Part shown: piece by piece, positions 50,194-61,646 of the stretch
Layout of the letters: the number at the start of each line of letters is the position of its first letter
Numbering within the stretch: position 1 is the first letter of the stretch
Assembly (NCBI GenBank): GCA_965237955.1
Contig: OZ250169.1
Location: 4,032,001 to 4,096,000, forward strand
From: Candidatus Marinacidobacterales bacterium
GTDB lineage: Bacteria > Acidobacteriota > Vicinamibacteria > Marinacidobacterales > SMYC01
Length of the DNA: 64,000 nt
Reading direction: 5' to 3'
Notes under the pieces: generated by a model
Told to the model about the DNA's origin: nothing
The model's input: only the letters and a program-made list of their open reading frames with translations
The model's database searches: none
Program-made: the position numbers and the translations under genes

Positions 50194-52518
50194 ATGAAAT
50201 GGGTGACCCGAGTGGGATTGTTCCTCGTTCTCGCGTTTGCCGTCGTCGGGGCTTGGATTTACTACCTTGTGAGGGCGAGCCTTCCTGATATCGACGGCGA
50301 CGTGGAGCTCGAGGGACTGTCAGCACCGGTGAGTGTCGTGCGCGACAAAAACGGCGTGGCGACCTTGCAAGCGGAGGATCGATTGGACTCGAGTCGTGCC
50401 CTGGGATTCGTGCACGCGCAAGAGCGTTTCTTCCAAATGGATCTCATGCGGCGCCGCGCCGCGGGAGAGCTCGCGGAGCTCGTAGGAGCCGGCGCGCTCC
50501 CTCTCGATCGAAAACACCGCATCCACCGCATGCGAGCGCGCGCAGATTTTAGTGTGGCCGGGTTGAGCGCGCCTGAGCGCGCACTCTTGGACGCGTACAC
50601 CGAAGGCGTCAACGCGGGTCTCGCCGCGCTCGGAGCTTCACCGTTCGAGTACCTGTTGCTTCGACAAGAGCCACGTCCGTGGGTCGTCGAAGACAGCGTC
50701 CTCGTGGTCGCGTCGATGTTCTTCGAGCTCAACGACGCCGAGGGACATTACGAATCGACTCTCGGCTTGATCCACGACGTGCTCCCGCCCGAGCTCGCGG
50801 AGTTCTTGTCGCCGCTCGGAACTGATTGGGACGCGCCCGTCGAAGGCGAGATCTTCGCAACACCGCCTGTTCCTCTTTTCCCGGGGCCCGCCGTCGTACC
50901 CGCCAAACCCGTTTCACTGAGTGACGCTCGTGTCGAGACATTGAGTGGCGGGACCCTCGGGAGCAACAACTGGGCCGTCGCGGGCACACGCACGACGCAC
51001 GGCGGAGCGCTACTCGCGAGCGACATGCATCTCGGTCATGCCGTACCCAACATTTGGTACCGCGCGGTGTTGAGCACTGGCGCGAACACCGCCGTCGGCG
51101 TCACCCTGCCGGGTACACCTTTTCTCGTAGCCGGCAGCAATACGCATGTCGCTTGGGGCTTTACCAACGCGAACGGGGACTGGAGCGACCTCGTCGAGAT
51201 CGAAAAGCACCCTGAGAGGGTCGACACCTATCGAACGACCGAAGGCTGGGCGGCCTTCGATGTGCACGAAGAAACCATTCACGTCGCGGGCGGAGAGCCC
51301 GAAGCTTTCACGGTACGAGAAACCATCTGGGGACCTATCGTCGACGAAGACCACGAAGGCACGCCGCGCGCCGCGCGCTGGATCGCGCACGACGTCGGCG
51401 GCATCAACTTGAACCTCAGCAAGCTCGAGACGGCGGCAACGCTCGACGAGGCGCTCGCCATCGCTCAGGAGAGCGGATTACCACCGCAGAATTTCGTCTG
51501 CGTCGATGCCTCGGGCGCGATCGCGTGGACGATCGCGGGGCGCATTCCTCGACGATTCGGTTTCGACGGACGACTGCCGTCGTCCTGGGCGGATGGAACA
51601 CGCGGCTGGGACGGCTGGCTCGACGCCGAGGACTACCCCGTCATCCGCAATCCCGAAGCCGGCGTCATCTGGACCGCGAACGCGCGGGTGGTCGGAGGCG
51701 AGAAACTCGAGAAGCTCGGCGACGGCGGCTACGATCTCGGAGCGCGAGCGCGTCAGATCAGAGACGATCTACTCGCGCTACAAGAAGCGAGCGAGCGCGA
51801 CATGCTGGACGTGCAGCTCGACGACCGCGCGTTGTTCATGGGCACGTGGCGCGAATTTTTTCTCGAGACGATCAAAGACGAAGGATTACGAAGCGTCATC
51901 GAAGACGAGTGGACCGGGCGAGCCTCCACGGACTCCGTCGGCTACCGCGTTGTCCGCGAGCTGAGGCTCGCTGTCTACGAAGCAGTTCTATCGACGATCA
52001 CGGCGGACGCGCGCGCGGCAGACGCGCGTTTCAACATCTGGGCACAACGCCAATGGGAAGGGCCGGTGTGGAAGCTGGTGTCCGAGAAACCAGAGCATCT
52101 GGTGCCGCGGCGGCATGAAAACTGGGACGCATGGATAAACGACATCGTGGCGCGCACGGTCGCGGAGTGGGATGAACCATTAGAGGCGCGCACATGGGGA
52201 GCCACGAGAATGTCGGACATCCGCCACCCCTTGAGCGGAGCGGTACCGTTTCTTGCCCGCTGGCTCGACATGCCGTCGCGACCGCTCCCCGGCGACAGCC
52301 ACATGCCCCGCGTGCAAAGCCCGACCCACGGCGCATCGGAGCGACTCGTGGTGTCGCCGGGCCGTGAAGACGAAGGGCTATTCCACATGCCCGGCGGCCA
52401 GAGCGGCCACCCGCTCTCCCCCTACTACGGCGCTGGCCACGAAGACTGGGAGGAGGGCCGCCCAACGCCGCTCCTGCCAGGACCCACGGTCTACACGTTG
52501 ACACTCCACTCGAGTTAG
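50194..52518 (+). CDS. Penicillin acylase family (Ntn-hydrolase)
   Basis: GFVHAQERFFQMDL.RR, GSNNWAV, ASDMHL and PGGQSGHPLSPYY motifs. Confidence 0.93.
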   Translation: MKWVTRVGLFLVLAFAVVGAWIYYLVRASLPDIDGDVELEGLSAPVSVVRDKNGVATLQAEDRLDSSRALGFVHAQERFFQMDLMRRRAAGELAELVGAGALPLDRKHRIHRMRARADFSVAGLSAPERALLDAYTEGVNAGLAALGASPFEYLLLRQEPRPWVVEDSVLVVASMFFELNDAEGHYESTLGLIHDVLPPELAEFLSPLGTDWDAPVEGEIFATPPVPLFPGPAVVPAKPVSLSDARVETLSGGTLGSNNWAVAGTRTTHGGALLASDMHLGHAVPNIWYRAVLSTGANTAVGVTLPGTPFLVAGSNTHVAWGFTNANGDWSDLVEIEKHPERVDTYRTTEGWAAFDVHEETIHVAGGEPEAFTVRETIWGPIVDEDHEGTPRAARWIAHDVGGINLNLSKLETAATLDEALAIAQESGLPPQNFVCVDASGAIAWTIAGRIPRRFGFDGRLPSSWADGTRGWDGWLDAEDYPVIRNPEAGVIWTANARVVGGEKLEKLGDGGYDLGARARQIRDDLLALQEASERDMLDVQLDDRALFMGTWREFFLETIKDEGLRSVIEDEWTGRASTDSVGYRVVRELRLAVYEAVLSTITADARAADARFNIWAQRQWEGPVWKLVSEKPEHLVPRRHENWDAWINDIVARTVAEWDEPLEARTWGATRMSDIRHPLSGAVPFLARWLDMPSRPLPGDSHMPRVQSPTHGASERLVVSPGREDEGLFHMPGGQSGHPLSPYYGAGHEDWEEGRPTPLLPGPTVYTLTLHSS

Positions 52519-52519
52519 A

Positions 52520-52594
52520 CCTCTCCATCCCACCTTTGCCAATTGACTCGACAATCTCGTAGTGGGCGAGACGTCGCCCTGATTGGAGAGACAC
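52520..52594 (-). pseudogene. ~25-codon 5' remnant of a Ser/Thr kinase
   Basis: VSLQSGRRLAHYEIVESIGKGGME, cut off at the acylase stop. Confidence 0.65.
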
Positions 52595-52665
52595 GACGGC
52601 TTGATGGTAAGCCGAGGCGCAATCGTGAGCCACCGCGGACGGTGGATAGCGGATAGCGGACGGCG

Positions 52666-53649
52666 CTAGGCCGTCCCTAGCTTCTTACGTCCCTGTTGAT
52701 GGCGGCGCTCGAGCTCGCCATTCCACGGTGCGATCGCGAGAGTCACGTCGCCGTGGCACTGCGATTGGCATGAGAGGCGAATCAGTGGATGCTTGTCGTT
52801 CTCGTCATTGATGGTGTCGTAGCCAAAGTAGGCCAGACGCTCACGCTCGTAGTCCGAGATCTCCGACAACTTCTCGCGTCCTTCGAGGAGACCCACCCAG
52901 CAGTAACCACACGACCCAACACGACACTCGACCGGCACGGGTCCAGCGATGCGTCGGTAATCGAGGCTGCGAAAGTCCCCTTCCACGGCGTCGCCGGCCA
53001 TAGCGATGTCCTGGCCGGTGATGGCTCGAAACGTTCCGTTCTTCGTGCGCTCGTTCCAGCGCACATCCCAGCGGCGGTTGAGGCCCTTCAAGAACGTCAG
53101 CAGACCATCGCGGCTCTCGCGCTTTCGTCTCGCGATCACCCGCTCGGGATTCTTGAGAAGGAGCTCCCCTTCGGCCGGCTTGTCCAACGTCTTCTCGAAC
53201 GCCTCTTGGCCGAGTTGACGAAGCGTCATGAGACCGATGGCGGTGATGCCGAGCACGAGGCCGACGTCGACCTTTTCCGTCTCGGCGACCGCGTTCGCGA
53301 TCGTGCGAATCGTCTCGGCCAGAGTCGAGTTGCCCCCGTCATGGCCCAACACCGCTTTTTTGACGGGCGCCCAATAGTGCGCGCCGTACAGGAAGGCAAC
53401 AGCGGAGTCGATTTGATCCTCGAGTCGCCACTCACCCTCGAGATCCATGGCCCGGGCCATCTCGTCGGCGCCTTCCGGTGACTCGAGCGCTTCTTTCAGC
53501 TCGAGCGGCCAAAACGCGAACCAGATTCGGGTCGCATCGCGATCGACGGAGTGCATGGAAGGGCCGAGCTCATCGAGCGCGTCGAGCCACGCCCTCTGAG
53601 ATTGCCCCTCGAGAAACCCAAGGAGTTGACTTTGTTCTAGAACGGCCAT
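52666..53649 (-). CDS. Protein with C-terminal [2Fe-2S] ferredoxin domain
   Basis: ECRVGSCGYC...RLSCQ plant-type 2Fe-2S motif; helical N-terminal domain of unknown function. Confidence 0.8.
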   Translation of the reverse strand: MAVLEQSQLLGFLEGQSQRAWLDALDELGPSMHSVDRDATRIWFAFWPLELKEALESPEGADEMARAMDLEGEWRLEDQIDSAVAFLYGAHYWAPVKKAVLGHDGGNSTLAETIRTIANAVAETEKVDVGLVLGITAIGLMTLRQLGQEAFEKTLDKPAEGELLLKNPERVIARRKRESRDGLLTFLKGLNRRWDVRWNERTKNGTFRAITGQDIAMAGDAVEGDFRSLDYRRIAGPVPVECRVGSCGYCWVGLLEGREKLSEISDYERERLAYFGYDTINDENDKHPLIRLSCQSQCHGDVTLAIAPWNGELERRHQQGRKKLGTA

Positions 53650-53726
53650 GATCGCTCCTCTTACGCGAGCTCCTATCCTAGCACGAGCTTTTGCCTCGCT
53701 CCTGAGCGCTGTGCTAACGTGCGCTC

Positions 53727-54338
53727 ATGTCGTTCGAGATGTATTTGAAAATTCTCGCCCACCCGGTGTTCACGGGTCTGAACTTCCACATGCCGATGGT
53801 GGTGGATCTTTCGCATCCGCTCATCATGCTCAAAGGTGAGAACGGCTCGGGGAAGTCGACGCTTTTGCACTCACTGCACTACGCGCTCCAAGGCGAGCAA
53901 GTCGATGGCTACGTCTACCGGACCGAGCTCGCCGGCATCGATCCCGAAAACATCTACTTGTTCGATGCCGAGCAGCACAATCCCAGAAACCAGCTCCACT
54001 TGTTCGACGACCAGCCGGAGATGAAGGAGTTCCTCCAGATGGCGAGCCACGGACAAGTAATGCTGACGATGTTCAAGGACAGCTTCCCGAAGCTTCCAGA
54101 CAACACGGTGCTGCTCCTCGACGAGCCCGAGATGGCGCTCAGCCAGTCCAACCAGCGTCGGATATTGAAGATGCTGATGGAGCTCGTCGATCAGAAGAAC
54201 TTCCGGATCATCACCGCGACGCACTCTCCGGTCCTCCTCGAGGCTAAAGAGACGTACGTCATAGACTTAGACCGACACATCAACAGGAACGTCGTGCCCA
54301 CGGACATGGGGATCGAAGGGCAGAGCACGCTCCACTAG
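53727..54338 (+). CDS. Stand-alone ABC/AAA-type ATPase (COG3910-like)
   Basis: GENGSGKSTLL, SHGQ, LLLDEPEMALS and ATHSP motifs. Confidence 0.88.
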   Translation: MSFEMYLKILAHPVFTGLNFHMPMVVDLSHPLIMLKGENGSGKSTLLHSLHYALQGEQVDGYVYRTELAGIDPENIYLFDAEQHNPRNQLHLFDDQPEMKEFLQMASHGQVMLTMFKDSFPKLPDNTVLLLDEPEMALSQSNQRRILKMLMELVDQKNFRIITATHSPVLLEAKETYVIDLDRHINRNVVPTDMGIEGQSTLH

Positions 54339-54548
54339 CAACTGGCGCGGAATCAATTACTTACAGCCAGGTCTGGTAGTATTTCCTGAGCCGTGAGAGG
54401 CGCCCGTTCACGCCCCGATCCGGCCCAAACACCACCGGAATTGGCTAATTCGTTGATAAGTGTTGGCTTAGGGCCGATTCTGCATCTATTCTCTAGCCTG
54501 GAATCCAACCGAGGGTTCCGCGCATTCCATCTACGTCGGAGAACCCCA

Positions 54549-56603
<2,055 letters not shown>

Positions 56604-56610
56604 ATCTGAG

Positions 56611-56649
56611 AAAAAGCCCGTCCCGTCTTCGACGGGGCGGGCTTTTTTT
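56611..56649. terminator. Bidirectional rho-independent terminator
   Basis: AAAAAGCCCGTCCCGTC-TTC-GACGGGGCGGGCTTTTTTT between convergent genes. Confidence 0.9.
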
Positions 56650-56682
56650 GTTCACCCATCGGCCATCCGCCACGCCATCGGC

Positions 56683-57084
56683 TCACCAGCTTAGAATCGA
56701 CAGACCGGGTATTTTGGCGAAGCTTCGGGTGTCTCGCGTTGCGACGTCTAGGCCGCGCGATACGGCGGTTGAGGCGATTACCAGATCGTGCTGTCCGATG
56801 GCGACTCCTTTGGCGGCGAGCTTCGCCCAGAGGCGCGCGTGAACTCTGGCGGCGACGAGGTCGAAGGAGATCACCGGCAACGAGCTCAGGAGAGCCTCGA
56901 CGAACGCTTCCCTCCTTCCACGGCGAGCCTCGCTGCGCGCGCGGTGCACGCCGTGGAGGAGCTCGGAGACAGTCATCGCCGATAGCGCAAACTCTGTCTC
57001 CCGGTGCTCGTCCAGAATGCCGGCGAGATCGAGCGCGCCGCGTTCCGCGGCGATCAGGACACTCGAGTCGATCAGCGCTCCCAT
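56683..57084 (-). CDS. VapC/PIN toxin
   Basis: LIDSSVLI, SAMTVSEL..G, HDLVIASTA and TRD..F motifs. Confidence 0.92.
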   Translation of the reverse strand: MGALIDSSVLIAAERGALDLAGILDEHRETEFALSAMTVSELLHGVHRARSEARRGRREAFVEALLSSLPVISFDLVAARVHARLWAKLAAKGVAIGQHDLVIASTAVSRGLDVATRDTRSFAKIPGLSILSW

Positions 57085-57310
57085 TTCGATTTGGGGAGCT
57101 TTTTCTGGGATCGCGTCAGTTCTTCCACGACCTCCAGGTAGTCCTCATCGACGGCGGGGAGCGAGCGTAGAAGCGCGACCAAATCCGCGCCGGTAAACCT
57201 CTCGCGGGCGCGGCAGGGCGGACCTCACAGATGCGCTCGCCGCCGCGCTCGATAATGAACGATTCGCCCCGATACTTCACTCGATTCATGACCTCGGAAA
57301 AGTGGTTCTC
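57072..57310 (-). pseudogene. Phd/YefM-type antitoxin, 5'-truncated and frameshifted
   Basis: NHFSEVMNRVKYRGESFIIERGGERICEVRP; frameshift near 57200 to FTGADLVALLRSLP...KWER*; the start region is replaced by non-coding DNA. Confidence 0.7.
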
Positions 57311-57348
57311 CTGTCGTTTCGGGGGATCTGATTTGTGTTGGAGGGCAT

Positions 57349-57661
57349 GGCCTATGGACGCTGCCGCGATTGTGGAAAACGCCGGAAACTCCGGGCGAGA
57401 GAGGCGTTTAGGGAAAGGTTGTGAGCACGTACAAACGTGGAGCGGCGTTTTCCATAATCGCTTGGAAAACGCTTCGCGTTTCCCACGAGCGCCCACAGGC
57501 CCCTCCTGATATATATACAAGAAAGATTAATTCATATGGAATAAGGAAGGGGGGGCTCGATTAGTGGAGGCTATGGAAAACGCCCTTCCAGGCTTCGAAG
57601 AGAACTCAGTCGTGAGCAAGGTCTGAACGACCAGAACCGTGGGGGCGTTTCCCACAGCCTC
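57349..57661. repeat. Nested inverted repeats built from TGTGGAAAAC/GTTTTCCACA (DnaA-box-like) motifs around an AT-rich tract
   Basis: 57366-57384/57443-57461 (18/19), 57462-57485, 57349-57357/57493-57501 and 57567-57585/57643-57661 (17/19); AT-rich tract 57508-57545. Confidence 0.75.
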
Positions 57662-57786
57662 GTCTCCCGCTGAGGGGCAGTGGCATTTGGTGAGGCCCGT
57701 GGGTTGAGAGGGTAAGCCATGTGTAGATGCGCATCGGCGAGAACGCTAGAATCTTTTTTTCCGAAAGAGAAAAGAGCGTTCCCGCG

Positions 57787-59007
57787 ATGCGCGTTACTAC
57801 GTTAGTCAACAAGCTCATCGGATTGCAAGGCCTGTGGGTCCGAGGTTTCCACTTCCAGGCGGACAAAGCCAGAGTGGTGGTGGATGTAGTACCACGGAGG
57901 AGGAAGCCTCTGTGCGGGATTTGCGGACGAAAGGTCCGCAAGAACAAAGATCGCTACAATCGCTACTGGCGGCACTTGGACCTGTTCGGAGTCCGGACCT
58001 ATCTTCGCTACTCGATCCGACGAGTAGTATGTCGGCGGTGTGGAGTGGTCAGAGAAAAGGTGCCTTGGGCCGACAAGGGAAGCCGCTTTACCAAAAGCTT
58101 CGAACAAGAGGTAGCGTGGCTGGCACAGAGGACGGACGTCAGCGCCGTAGCGAACTATTTCCGAGTGACGTGGCGTTCGGTGCGACGGATCATCCAGCGA
58201 GTGGTTGCCGAGCAGCGGGATGAGCGGCGCGAGCTCGATGGATTGCGGGTGATTGGGATGGACGAGATCAGCTACCGCAAACGCCACAAGTACTTAACAG
58301 TGGTAATAGACCATCTCAGCGGCCGGGTCGTCTGGGCGGGAAAGGAGCGCAAGGCCAAGACGCTGCTGCGGTTTTTCCGCAAGCTCGGACCACAAAGAGC
58401 CGCGGAGCTCGAAGCGGTCAGCATGGACATGTGGGAGCCGTACATAACTGTCGTCGGCAAAAAGGCTCCTCAGGCACGGGTGATCTTTGACCGCTTCCAC
58501 ATCGTCAAGCATCTGAACGAGGCCGTGGATAAGATCCGGCGCGAGCTGGTGCGCGAGCTCAAAGGGACTGCCCGGCGCAACCTCAAGAACACCAAGTTTC
58601 CCCTTCTCAAGGCCAAACACAACCGCAGCGCGAAAGACAAACGGGTGCTCCGCGAGCAGGTGCGAGCTAATCGTCGCCTCTACCGCGCCATGCTTCTGCG
58701 CGACGACTTCATGGACCTCTACACCTACAAAACCGAGACATGGGCCAAGAAGTTTCTCCGAGGATGGCTGCGGCGCGCTATGAGCTCGAGGATAGAGCCC
58801 GTCAAACGCGCGGCGAAGATGATCCGCAGCCACTTCGATGGCGTCATCGCGTGGGTCACGTGGAGACTCAGCAACGGCCGACTCGAAGGAATGAACAACA
58901 AAATCCGGCTGCTGAGCCACCGCAGCTTTGGACTCCACTCTGCCGAAGCTCTCATCAGTCTCGTCTACCTAAACTGTGGCGGTCTCACCCTCGAGAGGAT
59001 CCACTGA
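57787..59007 (+). CDS. ISL3 family transposase (intact)
   Basis: Zinc finger CGIC...CRRC, GMDEISYRKRHKY, SMDMW, FDRFH and SNGRLEGMNNKI motifs. Confidence 0.95.
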   Translation: MRVTTLVNKLIGLQGLWVRGFHFQADKARVVVDVVPRRRKPLCGICGRKVRKNKDRYNRYWRHLDLFGVRTYLRYSIRRVVCRRCGVVREKVPWADKGSRFTKSFEQEVAWLAQRTDVSAVANYFRVTWRSVRRIIQRVVAEQRDERRELDGLRVIGMDEISYRKRHKYLTVVIDHLSGRVVWAGKERKAKTLLRFFRKLGPQRAAELEAVSMDMWEPYITVVGKKAPQARVIFDRFHIVKHLNEAVDKIRRELVRELKGTARRNLKNTKFPLLKAKHNRSAKDKRVLREQVRANRRLYRAMLLRDDFMDLYTYKTETWAKKFLRGWLRRAMSSRIEPVKRAAKMIRSHFDGVIAWVTWRLSNGRLEGMNNKIRLLSHRSFGLHSAEALISLVYLNCGGLTLERIH

Positions 59008-59060
59008 AATGGCAGGAGAGGCGAATCTTTTTTTCCGAAAGAGAAAAGAGCGTTCCCGCG

Positions 59061-60278
59061 ATGCGCGTTACTACGTTAGTCAACAAGCTCATCGGATTGC
59101 AAGGCCTGTGGGTCCGAGGTTTCTACTTCCAGGCGGACAAAGCCAGAGTGGTGGTGGATGTAGTACCACGGAGGAGGAAGCCTCTGTGCGGGATTTGCGG
59201 ACGAAAGGTCCGCAAGAACAAAGATCGCTACAATCGCTACTGGCGGCACTTGGACCTGTTCGGAGTCCGGACCTATCTTCGCTACTCGATCCGACGAGTG
59301 GTATGTCAGCGGTGTGGAGTGGTCAGAGAAAAGGTGCCTTGGGCCGACAAGGGAAGCCGCTTTACCAAAAGCTTCGAACAAGAGGTAGCGTGGCTGGCAC
59401 AGAGGACGGACGTCAGCGCCGTAGCGAACTATTTCCGAGTGACGTGGCGTTCGGTGCGACGGATCATCCAGCGAGTGGTTGCCGAGCAGCGGGATGAGCG
59501 GCGCGAGCTCGATGGATTGCGGGTGATTGGGATGGACGAGATCAGCTACCGCAAACGCCACAAGTACTTAACAGTGGTAATAGACCATCTCAGCGGCCGG
59601 GTCGTCTGAGCGGGAAAGGAGCGCAAGGCCAAGACGCTGCTGCGGTTTTTCCGCAAGCTCGGACCACAAAGAGCCGCGGAGCTCGAAGCGGTCAGCATGG
59701 ACATGTGGGAGCCGTACATAACTGTCGTCGGCAAAAAGGCTCCTCAGGCACGGGTGATCTTTGACCGCTTCCACATCGTCAAGCATCTGAACGAGGCCGT
59801 GGATAAGACCCGGCGCGAGCTGGTGCGCGAGCTCAAAGGGACTGCCCGGCGCAACCTCAAGAACACCAAGTTTCCCCTTCTCAAGGCCAAACACAACCGC
59901 AGCGCGAAAGACAAACGGGTGCTCCGCGAGCAGGTGCGAGCTAATCGTCGCCTCTACCGCGCCATGCTTCTGCGCGACGACTTCATGGACCTCTACACCT
60001 ACAAAACCGAGACATGGGCCAAGAAGTTTCTCCGAGGATGGCTGCGGCGCGCTATGAGCTCGAGGATAGAGCCCGTCAAACGCGCGGCGAAGATGAGCAG
60101 CCACTTCGATGGCGTCATCGCGTGGGTCACGTGGAGACTCAGCAACGGCCGACTCGAAGGAATGAACAACAAAATCCGGCTGCTGAGCCACCGCAGCTTT
60201 GGACTCCACTCTGCCGAAGCTCTCATCAGTCTCGTCTACCTAAACTGTGGCGGTCTCACCCTCGAGAGGATCCACTGA
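59061..60278 (+). pseudogene. ISL3 transposase copy 2 (TGG>TGA at 59607, 3-bp deletion)
   Basis: Direct comparison with copy 1. Confidence 0.9.
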
Positions 60279-60463
60279 AATGGCAGGAGAGGCGGAAAAG
60301 TTACGCGAAGCCTCGGTCGCCGAGAGCGTCCGTTGAGACCCGTACTCCGGAGGCGTCTCCCGAACTCGGTCCACAAGGCGTTTCTTTGATTTCATATTAT
60401 CTGATTATATGATTTTACGCAAAAAGCGTCACGACGGCAAACTAAAACCCTCTCCCCCAGCTT

Positions 60464-60499
60464 GTGTGGGGAAAACGGCGTTCGTGGGGTTTTCCACAC
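60464..60499. repeat. Further DnaA-box-like hairpin
   Basis: GTGTGGGGAAAAC...GTTTTCCACAC; TTTTCCACA at 60490-60498. Confidence 0.55.
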
Positions 60500-60505
60500 G
60501 TTTGA

Positions 60506-61592
60506 TGCCTTGGTGCACAACTCGCGATCTCGGTCCACAATTGTCCTTTACTCACGGATTCGAGGTTCCCCATGAGCATTTTCAAACGCACTCAGCGGAA
60601 GTATGTGAAGAAGGCCTATCGCGTGAGGAATTGGCGTGAATATGAGGCGGGTCTACGCAACCGTGGGAGCCTGACCGTCTGGATCTCGCTCACCGCCGGC
60701 AAGCTTGTGAACTGGGACGCGCCCCGGCCGAGGAGGAGGAAACCGGGCCGTCAACGCAAGTACTCGAACCACGCCATCGAGACGGCTGTCACCCTGGGCA
60801 TGGTGTTTCATCTGTCATCTAGGCAGAGCGAGGGATTGCTGCGATCGTTGTTCGCTCTGATGAAGCTAGACAATGATGTGCCCGATCACACCACGATCTC
60901 GAGGCGCAAGGCGAAGCTGGGTAAGGTCCCCTTCTACCAAGACAAGCAGAAGACGCCGTTGCACATCTTGATCGACAGCAGCGGTCTCGCTGTCCACGCC
61001 GGCCAGCTGCGCAGAGCACCAAAGAGCAGGGACTATCGCAAGCTCCATCTGTGTGTCGACGAGCAGAGTGGCGAAGTCGTCGCCGGCGAGCTGACGAGCA
61101 AAAGAGCCCGCGATTCATCGCGGGTTGCATCGCTTGTCGGACAGATCGACAGTCCCATCTCATCGGCCAGAGCTGACACCGCATACGACGCCGGCGGCGT
61201 CTATGAGGCGATCGAGAATCACAGCGCTCATTGCTCGCCGAGGGTGCTGATACCGCCGCGCAAGGGCGCCCAGCTCGCATCGGGGCCGGCGAGCAGCCGA
61301 CAGCGCAATCGCAACATTGCAGCACAAGCTCGGCTCGGCAAACGAAAGTGGCACACAGAATCGGGCTACAGCAAACGGAGCAAAGTCGAGACAACGTTCC
61401 ATCGCTACAAGGCTATCGTGGGCTCAGCGATGCGAGCGAGAGGGTTGGCGGCACAGAGAGTCGAGGCAAGGATCGGGTGCAAGATTCTCAACACCATGAC
61501 GGCGCTCGGGATGCCTGATAGCGAGATGATCGGATGATGGGAGTCGGGGCCAAGCGAGCTCTCGGCCTCTATCGGAGTTGTGCACCAAGGCA
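60506..61592 (+). mobile_element. IS5 family (IS903 group) insertion sequence
   Basis: Perfect 18-bp IRs TGCCTTGGTGCACAACTC / GAGTTGTGCACCAAGGCA; no target duplication visible. Confidence 0.92.
60572..61537 (+). CDS. IS5 family transposase
   Basis: YRVRNWREYEAGLRNRGSLTVW, PDHTTISRR, IDSSG, ADTAYD and RSKVETTF motifs. Confidence 0.95.
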   Translation: MSIFKRTQRKYVKKAYRVRNWREYEAGLRNRGSLTVWISLTAGKLVNWDAPRPRRRKPGRQRKYSNHAIETAVTLGMVFHLSSRQSEGLLRSLFALMKLDNDVPDHTTISRRKAKLGKVPFYQDKQKTPLHILIDSSGLAVHAGQLRRAPKSRDYRKLHLCVDEQSGEVVAGELTSKRARDSSRVASLVGQIDSPISSARADTAYDAGGVYEAIENHSAHCSPRVLIPPRKGAQLASGPASSRQRNRNIAAQARLGKRKWHTESGYSKRSKVETTFHRYKAIVGSAMRARGLAAQRVEARIGCKILNTMTALGMPDSEMIG

Positions 61593-61646
61593 CCGAAGTG
61601 TGGGCCCTCGACAACCTTTTGACGGGCGCGGTCGCCGACGCGAGCT

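Larger units (their letters stand above)
57749..60293 (+). mobile_element. Head-to-tail tandem of an ISL3-family unit (57749-59022 and 59023-60293)
   Basis: Two near-identical ~1.27-kb units, both beginning GAATCTTTTTTTCCG and ending CCACTGAAATGGCAGGAGAGGC. Confidence 0.9.

Noticed and set aside
57310-57745. Chromosomal oriC
   Set aside because: No dnaA, dnaN, gidA or parAB nearby, and the block interrupts a TA operon. Kept only as an origin-like hypothesis.
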